Positions 1-11,233 are shown, numbered from the stretch's first letter. The stretch is DNA of 64,000 nt from Octopus sinensis (GCF_006345805.1 NC_043011.1:40870464-40934463), one strand, 5' to 3'. Notes: generated from the letters alone by a model not told the origin. Program-made: numbers and translations.

Positions 1-234
1 ATCAACTCCTACTCTCACTTCTTCCACTCTTTTGAACTCATCCTTACTTTTCTACTTCGTTCTCTCTATTGCCCACTCTTCTACGCTTTTTCGTTTGTCT
101 TGATGGGACACTGTATTTATATTGAATACATTCCACTGTTTAAATTCTATATTTTCGCCCGATGATGGGGTAAGTGATACTAAATTTGCGTTATTTCATA
201 TACACTCGCGAACACTAATTTACTTCATGTATAC

Positions 235-324
<90 letters not shown>

Positions 325-360
325 CCACGTAAGAGTGGCTGTGTGGTAAGTAGCTTGCTT

Positions 361-1653
361 TCCAGCCGTTAAATTTATCTCACGGGGAGTCAAATATGCA
401 ACGGTCTGGTTGCTATTTGACTGCCCACAAGAAGCTTGCGACTTTGTAAGCCAGCCCCTTGAGGGCAAAGAAATCTTGTTTCTCCCAAACTATATGGGAG
501 AAAAATTATTGAGGGCTTGGATCTGCGGCCTACCACCCGGAGTTGAGCCCGAATGGATAGAGGACTCTATCCGCCGGGGTCTGGGTGAGAGCAGTGCCAA
601 GTTGCTAAATGTAAAAGTGTTGCCTGCGGCTGATTGGGAGGGGTCGAAAGCTGTTTTGACCCTATGGACCCAATCAGCCGAAAGTCTGGTTTTTCCAGAT
701 TTCTTGAGGTGGCCGGGTCCAGGTATCCGGTGATGCTTGAGGGACGCCTCCCAAGTGTCACCTGTGCCTGGAGACCGGCCACATTAAGAAGAACTGCCCC
801 AGGGACCAAAGTAGGATCCTGGAGCAGTTAATGGTGGAATCTCTCCCTGCTCCCCCAATGGAGGGAGAGAAACAGAACGAGGAAATTGCTACATCCTCAA
901 AAAAGAAAAGAAAGATGGGCAACAATGTTGACCTACCGAAAGACCCGGGAGCTGCGGGAGAAAAAGAGGACCCGTTGTGTGCAACACAGGAACCTCACCC
1001 TCCCGCAGCCCAGGGGAAAAAAGGAAATAAAAGAAGAAAGAGAAACGGGACGCCGGCGGCGGATTGTAACACGCAGAGGGCGTCTCCCAAGCCTCCTCAG
1101 GCGGGTGTGCCGCCGGAGAATCAATATGTGGTCCTCTTCCACAAAGGAAGAACGCTTGAAAACGAGATAGGTAAAATGAGAAGGAGAGGCCAATGGGAGG
1201 GACTTCGGTCCTGCACGGAGGACCTCGAGTGACCTTCGCAGGTGGCTGCGGAGGTCCTATGGGATAGCGATCTGTGCAGGATCGTGAATTCCTTCCCGGA
1301 GGACTCCTTTCAATTTATACCTGTATGGTACGGCCTGACAAAGAATGATTGCCTCAATGAAGCAAGAGCGCTGGTCGGCCGGGTGACTTGAACTTTTGAA
1401 TGTTTTAAAAAGAAAAATTGTATCATATTGAGAAAGAGGTTCATTGCCTCATTGTGACATTTTTGTGAAATTTTGTGACTTTTTGAATTTTTTGAAAAAA
1501 GAACATTGTCTTAGAGAAGTGGAAGTCGGCGGGCGCTTTCGTCTTCTCCCATCACCATCTTTGTTCCATCACCATCATTCATACCATCAATGTCTACGTC
1601 CAGCCCGCAAAGCTACATCTGTGTAATGCCCCTGTGGAAAATTAAATAAAATA
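361..1653 (+). mobile_element. 5'-truncated ORF1-only (HAL1-like) L1/Tx1-type retroposon inserted into a SINE head
   Basis: 13-bp direct repeat AAGTAGCTTGCTT at 348-360 and 1654-1666; A-rich 3' end (aattaaataaaata); the SINE head continues seamlessly across the insertion; homologous to 33000-33245. Confidence 0.8.
365..1391 (+). pseudogene. LINE ORF1/gag-like nucleic-acid-binding protein, frameshifted
   Basis: CCHC knuckle CHLCLETGHIKKNC at 756-797 is in frame with track ORF 831-1232; that frame reopens after the TGA at 1230-1232 and runs to TGA 1389-1391; upstream segment 410-733 is in another frame. Confidence 0.75.
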
Positions 1654-1770
1654 AAGTAGCTTGCTTACCAACCACATGGTTCCGGGTTCAGTCCCACTGC
1701 GTGGCACCCTGGGCAAGTATCTTCTACTATAGCCTCGGGCCGACCAAAGACTTGTGAGTGGATTTGGAAG
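1654..1770 (+). mobile_element. SINE family B, 5' part (head begins ~330, split by the retroposon)
   Basis: ggctgtgtggtaag...ggttcagtcccactgcgtggcaccctgggcaagt...; matches many copies in the window. Confidence 0.85.
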
Positions 1771-1775
1771 AGGTA

Positions 1776-1863
1776 ATGCAGTACGATCGTTTCAAGCGAC
1801 TCCATTTAATTGAACACTGCAACCATTTCATCAATTTAAATGCAGAGCAATCCTCAGCTGCAT
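1776..1863 (-). ncRNA. Type I hammerhead ribozyme motif with long stem II
   Basis: Minus strand: ATGCAG|CTGAGGA|57-nt stem II|GAAA|CGATCGT|A^CTGCAT. Perfect core, 6-bp stem I, palindromic stem III (ACGATCGT), GUA site at 1782/1781. Confidence 0.75.
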
Positions 1864-1965
1864 AAATACATAGAACTTGATCCGGTTTGCGTAGTAACCA
1901 GTCTGAATCTATTATATGCTTTTAAAGTATTCTTAACTCCTCTCTCTCTCTCTCACTTTATTTTT

Positions 1966-2398
1966 CCTTTACTTGTTTAGACTGCAGCCATGCTGGGACA
2001 TCACCTTGAAAACTTTTTAGTCGAATGAATCGACCTTAGTAATTACTTTTTAAAAGCCTGGTACTTATTCTATCGACTCTTTTACCAAACCGCTAAGTTA
2101 CGGTGACGAAAACACACCAGCACTACTTGTCAAGCGGCGGTGACGGAACTGACACACACACACACACACACACACAAACACGCACGCACGCACGCACACA
2201 CACTCACACACACACACACACACATGGATATACATGTATACGAAGGGCTTCTATCAGCTTCCGTCTGTCAAATCCATTCACAAACCTTAAGTCAGCTCGA
2301 GGCTATAGTAGTGGACATTTGCCCAAAGTGTCATGCGGTACACTGAACCCCAAGCCATGCGGTTGGGGGAAGCAAGCTCTTTACAACACACCACGCTT
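1966..2398 (-). mobile_element. SINE family B, full length with internal (CA)n
   Basis: Reverse complement of the family B head, body and tail. Confidence 0.85.
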
Positions 2399-2480
2399 AT
2401 ATATATATATATTGATAGAAATGGTAAGACAACAAAAGAATGAAAGAGACCTCGATGTTAAGTAAATAGAGGAATTTATA

Positions 2481-2930
2481 TGTAAATGGAATATGTGACA
2501 ATTGTTCGGTAGCCATGATAAAACTCCGAGTTTCGGATGCCGAAGTGGAAATCCACGCCGCCATCTCTTCAGTCATCCGGCCATCGCAAACTGTAAATGT
2601 AATATGTGACAATTATTCGGTAGCCATGATAAAACTCCGAGTTTCGGATGCCGAAGTGGAAATCCACGCCGCCATCTCTTCAGTCATCCGGCCATCGCAA
2701 ACTGTAAATGTAATATGTGACAATTATTCGGTAGCCATGATAAAACTCCGAGTTTCGGATGCCGAAGTGGAAATCCACGCCGCCATCTCTTCAGTTATCC
2801 GGCCATCGGAAACTGTAAATGTAATATGTGCCAATTATTCGGTAGCCATGATAAAACTCTCCACCTCGGCATCCGAAACTCGGAGTTTTTTCATGGCTAC
2901 CGAATAATTGCCACACATATTACATTTACA
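2481..2930 (-). repeat. 111-bp tandem array (3 full units plus a partial), ending in an inverted copy; each unit carries an HHR
   Basis: Unit starts at 2491, 2602, 2713 and 2824; 2860-2930 is the reverse complement of part of the unit. Confidence 0.95.
2517..2799 (-). ncRNA. Three tandem type I hammerhead ribozymes (2517-2577, 2628-2688, 2739-2799)
   Basis: GATRA|CTGAAGA|GATG..GTGG-ATTT-CCAC..CATCC|GAAA|CTCGGAGT|T^TTATC. Perfect core, 5-bp stem I, near-palindromic stem III ACTC-G-GAGT. Confidence 0.8.
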
Positions 2931-2948
2931 CACACACATATATATATA

Positions 2949-5334
2949 CCGTATATTTCTGCATATAAGACAACGACTGAATCCTAAAATTTACTCTAAA
3001 AATTTAGGATCTCTTATACTGCCATTCTAAATATCAAACCTTGAATTTCAAGTGAGTTTATAAGTAAGATAACCTCGATCTCGGTGCGATAACCACGGAG
3101 ACACGTGAACAGGTTAACAAAATAAAAAAAAATTATAATATAGGTAATAAAAACAATTTTACTTTATATATTATTGGCATATGCTCATAATAAATAGCCT
3201 ATTCGAGAGATAATTCTCTATCATTGAAATCAACTTTTATCTATGCGATTTGGGATGGGAAAATGTAAACATCGAGTTATTGTTGCGCTCACAATAACCT
3301 TTATCTTTCGTTAACCTTTCAAAAAGTTTAATGTTGATGTATAAGTGTAGTAATAACATTTAGAATAACATTTATATTTTTCATAAAATATCTATAATCA
3401 TTTGATGGTAAATAACACAATTTGGATTACACACAACCTTTATTTTTCAATAAAATTATTTTACGGTCATTGCAATTAAAACATAAGACACTATATTTAA
3501 AAAAAATTTCCTATCAAGATAAATAATATTGATAAAACTTCAAACCTGCCACGTGTATTTATCTAAAACCTATCAAATTCCTCACAATCATTACAATCTG
3601 TTTCTAAACGTTTCCTACACATATAAGACTTATCATATATGTCTTCATTGTAAGGATTCCAGTCGGGTTCTGGTGAATCGACTTCTACTTGACGTCGCTA
3701 TTGTACAGAATATCATCTTTTGGTACCATCGATGACATTAGAGATACCGCATTTTAAGAATGATTTTATTACATTTTCTACTTAATTTTTGACCCATGCC
3801 TTTATAACGAAATCAGACATCATCAAGTGAGGCAGCACGATTAACTCCATCGTTTGTAAAAGATTTTTCTCTATTCGTCAACCAGTCATTCCATTGCTCT
3901 CTCACATTAACTTTAAATAGTTTGTTTAAACTGACACCAGGTGGCTGCAGTATAGAAGTCAAACCCCCAAGAATAACAACAGTATCAGTATTGGTTTTGG
4001 GTAATCACGTTTTAGTATTTGCCGTTACGTGACTAAGAAACATATCCCAAACCAATAAACTGCGTTCCTTTCGTATGCCAACTGGTCACCCTGTTCCAAA
4101 TATTCTCAATCCATAATTTTATGTCAGTCTCGTCCATCCACCCTGTCTCATGAAAATGAACAAAACCACCAGGAGGAAAATCTATTTGGGGTTTAGCTTT
4201 TTGTTTAAAAAAACCAAGGGTTTTAGTTTTGTACCATCAGCCACGCAGGATAATACCACCATTAAACCTCGTTTTTTCATGTCCTGTGCTTTTAACGTGC
4301 ACCGTTTCAAATCTACCGTTTTGTTACCCAGCATGTCAAAATTTAACGGAGTTTTATCCATATTTCCAATATGAGCCAACGGATACTGATGCCTTTTTCT
4401 CAGCTGGATGATGAACTGGTGGAAACTGGTTACTTTGTGATCGAGATCTTTGAGGTGATTTTTGTTTTCTCCCTTATTACCAGATTTTTTTCTGTTCATA
4501 AACTCTTTACTTTCTTCTTTATGTGATTTAGCCCATTTTAGGGCATAAGATTTTATTGTATTCCGTGTTTCAATGAAGCCATCTTGTCTCTGCTGGACTA
4601 TCCATTCTGCTACATCATTTTCCAGCTTCGGCCAACGAGTGCTTCTTCTTCTCATTGCACGTTTTTGTTTGGGCTTTTGCCTTAACTTTTTTCTTTCTCC
4701 ACTCTCTTACCATCTTCTCGGTAACATTGAATGTTCTAACAACAGCACAATTGTTCAAACTCTTGGCTCCTGCTATAATTTTCAATTTGAAACTAGCCTC
4801 ATCTTTTCTTCTTTTCGTTGGTGATTGCATATTGGTATGGGTATAAAATAATTATAAATTTCACTTAACTAGACAATTTGTGCTTTTATATAAAGTATAT
4901 TGAAAAGGTTATTGACACACCAGGCTGACTGTCACCGTTTAGAACATTGGCGTCTTAAGAATCACGATTATCGTATTGTTGTCAGCGGTTGTTATAATAG
5001 CGATAAAGTTTTGATAAAGAAGAAGAATCAGGTTCTCTTTTTAGGCGATGTACGTATGCAAAAATATAATGTAGAAACAGATTTGTTATATCGTTTATTT
5101 TAATTTCTAAGGATATAGTAAGTAAAAAAAAAAAAACATCATTTGTAATAGCATCATCTTTACATGACCAATATTTCTAAATATACCCGGTTGTTGCAAA
5201 AGCTAGTCTGCACACAAATGGGTTTGTAATTTAGCAGTCGTCTTATACTACAAACATGAGAGAAATTTAAGATTTTTTTTACAAATTATGACCCCGTCTT
5301 ATCTAAAGATCGTCTTATACGCGGAAATATACGG
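2949..5334 (-). mobile_element. Full-length pogo-superfamily DNA transposon (POGK-like transposase), inactive
   Basis: TIRs CCGTATATTTCYGCRTATAAGACRA at both ends; TA TSD at 2947-48 and 5335-36; 2386 bp. Confidence 0.92.
3563..4830 (-). pseudogene. pogo transposase: Brinker-like DBD, CENP-B-type HTH and DDE_1 domain, with frameshifts and stops
   Basis: ASFKLKIIAGAK..EKMVREW; WPKLENDVAEWI; IGNMDKTPLNFDM; VHFHETGWMDE; LQPPGVS (third catalytic Asp apparently changed to Gly); acidic C-terminus EEFDRF*. Confidence 0.88.
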
Positions 5335-5358
5335 TATATATATATATATATATATACT

Positions 5359-5389
<31 letters not shown>

Positions 5390-5390
<1 letters not shown>

Positions 5391-5588
5391 ATAAAAAGGG
5401 AAAGTGTACGAAAATAAACAAAAGACGAAGGCAGGTGGTGTACAAACAAACAGATGTATTAGTATAGCGCTCAGGAATAGAAAAAGTCTTTTACGTTTCG
5501 AGCCTACGCTCTTCTACAGAATGGTACACAGAAAAAAACAAGGAGAGAAACAGGGAGAGAAAAAAATGTGTGTAGTAGCTAACGATTT

Positions 5589-5595
<7 letters not shown>
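5390..5595 (-). mobile_element. Penelope-like terminal fragment with an HHR variant at 5487-5524
   Basis: Flanked by (TA)n; related to 19455-19545 and 35320-35470; contains CTGTAGA-A-GAGC-gtag-GCTC-GAAA-CGT-A^AAAGA. Confidence 0.6.
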
Positions 5596-5656
<61 letters not shown>

Positions 5657-5660
<4 letters not shown>

Positions 5661-5930
5661 TTGTGTCTGGGGAGAGTCATTTTCTTTTTATGCCTTATAA
5701 TGTAACACACTCACCGGTAAAATTTTCATTTATTTCTTATTTTTATTTTCTTAAAATTTTCATTGCGTCTTGCAACCTTTTCAATTGTCTTGACTCTCTT
5801 TTACCTGTGAGTGTGTTTCATTATAAGGTACAAAAAGAAAACGACTCTCCCCAGACACAACAGAATATGATTCAACACACGAACTCATATAAAGAATCTT
5901 ACAAACCAAATCCCAAAACGATATATATAT
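5657..5930. mobile_element. Palindromic repeat (same family as 8268-8547), right arm internally deleted
   Basis: 5661-5723 is the reverse complement of 5799-5860; high identity to the 8.3-8.6 kb copy. Confidence 0.85.
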
Positions 5931-5993
5931 ATCGCAATGGATAACGCATCAGAAGATTCCAGGTTCGAAACATGGTAAGCTCGGAGGTTTTAT

Positions 5994-6159
5994 AGGCGCA
6001 GGAGTGGGTGAGAGGTAAGTAGTTTGCTTACCAACCACATGGTTCCGAGTTCATTTCCACTGCGATACGCCTTGCCCAAGTGTCTTCTCCAATAGCTTCG
6101 GGCCGACCAGAACCTTGTGAGTGGATTTCGTAGACGGAAACTGAAAGAAGCCCGTCGTA

Positions 6160-6214
<55 letters not shown>

Positions 6215-6510
6215 TTTATTTAAAGCAGCAGAAAATTCGACAAAATCTGTTACTCTGAGTTTCTCGTTGCCGTTCATCAGACAGTTTTTGCTAGAATGGA
6301 ACCGATATATCAATTCAATCCAGACTCTTACAAACGCTACACCTTTAAAAAAATTGACTTGTTTGATTGGCCCGTTAGAAATAACGGTCAATCTTCGAGC
6401 GATAAACAAAATGAGCTCAAAAATATATGTATATATATATATAAAAAAATTATAAAAATTATAAAAATTATAAAATTCGAGGAAAAAAACATTAAATAAA
6501 ATACATATAT

Positions 6511-6580
<70 letters not shown>

Positions 6581-6620
6581 TTGTGTATCTGTGTTTGTTC
6601 CCCACCCCTCATCGCTTGAC
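5994..6620 (+). mobile_element. SINE family B split at its internal (TA)n by an HHR-bearing insert
   Basis: Head and body 5994-6160, insert 6210-6420, SINE resumes ~6575. Confidence 0.75.
6242..6289 (-). ncRNA. Minimal type I hammerhead ribozyme motif
   Basis: AAAACTGT|CTGATGA|ACG-GCAA-CGA|GAAA|CTCAGAGT|A^ACAGATTTT. Perfect core, GNRA loop II, GUA site at 6251/6250. Confidence 0.75.
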
Positions 6621-7150
6621 TAAATTTATCGTGCCCGAAATGAAAGGTAAAGTCGACCTAGGCGGAATTTGATCTCAGAATTTGAAGACGAACAAATTAC
6701 CTATTTCTTTACTACCCACAAGGAGCTAAACACAGAGAGGACAAACAAGGTCGGACAAACGGATTAAGTCGATTATATCGACCCCAATGCGTAACTGGTA
6801 CTTATTTAATCGACCCCGAGAGGATGAAAGGCAAAGTCGACCTCGGCGGAATTTGAACTCAGAACGTAGCCGCAGACGAAATACCGCTTAGCATTTCGCC
6901 CGGCGTGCTAACGATTCTTATTTCTTTATTGCCCACAAGGGGCTAAACATAGAGGGGACAATCAAGGATAGACAAACGGATTATGTCGATTACATCGACA
7001 TCCAGTGCGTTAATGGTACTTAATTTATCGACCCCGAAAGGATGAAAGGCAAAGTCGACCTCGGCGGAATTTGAACTCAGAACGTAGTGGCAGACGAAAT
7101 ACTGCTAAGCATTTCGCCCGGCGTGCTAACGATTCTGCCAGCTCGCCGCC
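6617..7150 (-). mobile_element. SINE family A, tandem of 3 units
   Basis: Repeated ggcaaagtcgacctcggcggaatttgaactcagaacg; the body gcctttcatcctttcggggtcgataaa resembles the Meta/MESC SINE domain (from memory, unaligned). Confidence 0.85.
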
Positions 7151-7600
7151 TCAACAAAACTGTTTATTAACAGAACAATGTATTTTGACATATACTACAT
7201 CATTTCTGCATTCGATCGTACTCGAACCTTCGAACCTAGCTACCAATAACGGTTTCTTACTTCACTATAATAACATATTTTGTATAATGACAAGATGGCA
7301 GGCCAAACAGGCCTCAGTAAGTACTGGTATTTATTTATATTCATTGGATTAGAAGGGCGAAAAGAAATGTTAGATGGATTTGAGTAAGTCGCAAGTATGA
7401 AGATATTTAAGCAGGAAGATATTTGCGTCTCTTTTCTATCCGGTCGATTATCGATTCTGCTAAGCACAGTTCTCAGCGGATTGATGGTAATGATATTGAT
7501 TTCCTTTGGCCTGTCACAAGGTTAATTGATTTATGGAGTGGCTATAGAGACACATACACGTATATACACTCATACATACATACATACACGTGTTATGTGA

Positions 7601-7653
<53 letters not shown>

Positions 7654-7736
7654 GTGTGTATATATGTACTTGACTACATACATCGATACATATACTGATC
7701 GGCGCACATGTATGTATTTATCCATGTATCTATCTG

Positions 7737-7828
<92 letters not shown>

Positions 7829-7829
7829 A

Positions 7830-7868
<39 letters not shown>

Positions 7869-8267
7869 TCTATCTACCTATCTATCTAACTCTCTATCTA
7901 CTTGTCTCTCTAAATTTCAATTTATGCGTATATGTTTGTATGCATGTGTGTATATGCACATACACACACACATAATATATATACATATATGTATTTCTAG
8001 ATATACAGGCATATATACAAGTAAGCACGAATGAACAAATGAGCTTCTAAAAGTGAGTGGCTCTTTTCACTAGTGTGTTCGGTTGACGGTTATAATGTCG
8101 TGGGTTCAATTCTTGCATGAGATGGGGCGTTTGCTCTTGAACCACTTATATTATTTCACATTGTGACAACTTACACGACTGTATTGAGTACTCGCTGAGT
8201 ACTGGAGATATATAGCAAAAAGCAAACCCAGATAAAACAAGCTATAAATAACAAATGTACAAGGGAC

Positions 8268-8547
8268 ATTCTGCTGTGTCTGGGGACAGTCATTTTCATT
8301 TTGTGCCTTATAATTTAACACCCTCACCGTTAAAATTTCCACTCCTTTCTTATTTTTATTTTCCTAAAATTTTCGTTGCGTCGTGCAACCTTTCCAATAG
8401 TCTTGACACTTGAGTCAAGACTATTGAAAAAGTTGCAAGACGCAACGAAAATTTTAGGAAAATAAGAAATAAGTGGAAATTTTAAGGGTGTGGGTGTTAA
8501 ATTATAAGGCACAAAAAGAAAATTACTCTCCCCAGACACAACAGAAT
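8268..8547. repeat. ~280-bp palindrome (arms ~138 bp, 6-bp spacer 8408-8413), Penelope-like inverted terminal structure
   Basis: Direct reverse-complement match of the two arms. Confidence 0.9.
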
Positions 8548-9047
8548 ATGCTTCAACCCACGAATTCACACAAAGAATCTTGCAAACCACATCCAAACAC
8601 GAAGTACATGGGACAATCACAGTCGATATTATTGGGTTGATGCTCAAGGAAGAATGGAAAGAGTAAAAGATATAGAGTATAATTTATGGACGTTTCGGAT
8701 ATAGTCCTTCTTCGGTTACTATAGGAAAATCCAGGAGAAGCAGGGAAGAGTGCGAAGAGAAAGAAGGATTGGAAAATAAAAGCAACATGCGAGAGTGAAG
8801 TTCACATGTTCGATCTCTGATGTATCAGAAGTGAGAGAGACAAGAGCTGCTTTAACGTCAGTCGCTGTAGACCTTACGATATGCAAATCCCTTTGTTACT
8901 GTTCTATACTTCACATTGTTCTTAGAAATAGGGAAGTCAAATTTGACTTGAGTAGAGCGTGAACTACGATTGTGAAGAGTTAAAAGCAATTTGTCTGTGT
9001 ATACATTGTGGAAACAGTGTAACGTTGCTGATAAGGTAAAAGCGATT

Positions 9048-9390
9048 CCATTCATTCATTCATCTCATCCTCCCACTATTCCGGAGAGGTTCACGGGTAG
9101 AAAGGGGTGTAGTGTTGTCAGACACCTCCTACATTGAGTTCTATCAGAAACAAACTTCAGTACACTTTTTGACTGGATGATATCAAGCATGACCTATTGA
9201 GACTATGGATGCTATCCAACCATCTCATTCTCAGTCTACCCTGAGGTCTTCTGCTTGTTACCTCGACTTGAAGAATCTCTCTTGTGATTCCTTCATTCTA
9301 CATTCTGCTCATATGACCGTAGTACCAACAGAAACTGCGCTCTCTCTCAATAAGGAGATATAGCTGCTCGACTTGGAGAATATCCCTGAT
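9048..9390 (-). mobile_element. RTE-clade LINE 3' end
   Basis: Degenerate YGHMSRM..EGITREILQVEVTSRRPQGRLRMRWLD motif; (TGAA)n tail at ~9050-9062. Confidence 0.7.
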
Positions 9391-9659
9391 TTTCGATTTA
9401 CCACACGCTAGGAGGGACTCTTAAAGAATTTCTGTTTTTAAATGTCTTGCTTCGAGAGTCGCATCCGGTGCGATATGTTTATTTATTTTAGTAGTTTTGA
9501 CTTTGAGTACCTCCTAGATTGTGGCATTTATGTGTAATAATGCCCTCTATATAATATGAATAAATATATTTCAGTGAAAAAATTGGTAGATTTTTTCTCT
9601 TATGAGGTTTTTCACACTAACTACTTGATAAATTCTTATGAAGATTTTATCCTAATATT

Positions 9660-9998
<339 letters not shown>

Positions 9999-10739
9999 TT
10001 TAATTACGCTATACACATGTACTCACTTCAAAAGCATACACATATTTGTTAATATATTACCTGATAATTTCAAAAATACATAAAATCATATACAGACGTA
10101 CACACATCAAAGCTTATATATATATGGTCATATGCACACACACACACACACACATTTATATAAATACTCACTCACCTCCAAACGTAAGCATTCAAAGAGC
10201 TAGGTTGATAAAATTATTAAGCAAATCACAACGACAACAACTGCGACAACCATGCAACAAAAAAGGATAGCAATGGCAACAAGATTCACCGAAAGTAACA
10301 GCAACAACAGTGACAACAACAACACCGAAATGTCAAAGAGTAGAAGCAACTTAACAAATGACGTGGCTATAGAGGTGAGTGTATAGGGAGAGTGTTGTTC
10401 TGTGTCACAGGAGGATATATAGTAAATAATCCCACCCCCACCTGTCATTTATAACAATGAGTAAGTTACAACCATTAGCTTGATGTATTTTTCAATCGAA
10501 TCCATTAAGAGACGCAGAATTAGCTAAGTACTGATCATGCACACACATATAATCTATAAAGATATATATTTATATATTTATAGATTATATGTGTATGTGT
10601 GTGTGTGTGTGTATGCATGATCAGTACTTAGTTTATTTTGCTTCTCTTAATATATATATTTATATATAACTGGATGAATGAATTATCCTTTGTTTACTGT
10701 TAACATGGGAAATTCAATAAACGGTTTCCATTTATTTAC

Positions 10740-10920
10740 GTATATATATATGTATGTATGTATGTATGTATATATGTATATATATACGTATATGTGTATA
10801 TATGTATATATATGTACATATATGTATATACATATGTACATATATATATATACATATGTACATATATATATATACATATGTACATATATATATACATATG
10901 TACATATATATATATAATAA

Positions 10921-10956
<36 letters not shown>

Positions 10957-11005
10957 CATAATATATATATATATACATATAGTATATATATATACATATA
11001 TATAC

Positions 11006-11040
<35 letters not shown>

Positions 11041-11062
11041 CTATATATATATATATATATAG

Positions 11063-11103
<41 letters not shown>

Positions 11104-11233
11104 GTATATATATATACATATATATATATATTATACATATATATATACATATATTATATATATATATAATATATATATATATATACATATATATATAATA
11201 CATATATATATATACATATATATATATATCATA

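Noticed and set aside
2515-2907. 130-aa ORF with a 37-aa repeat; also considered as a CRISPR-like array
   Set aside because: The 111-bp period is a multiple of 3 and happens to lack stops; the structured signal is on the opposite strand. There are no unique spacers or cas genes, and the DNA is eukaryotic.
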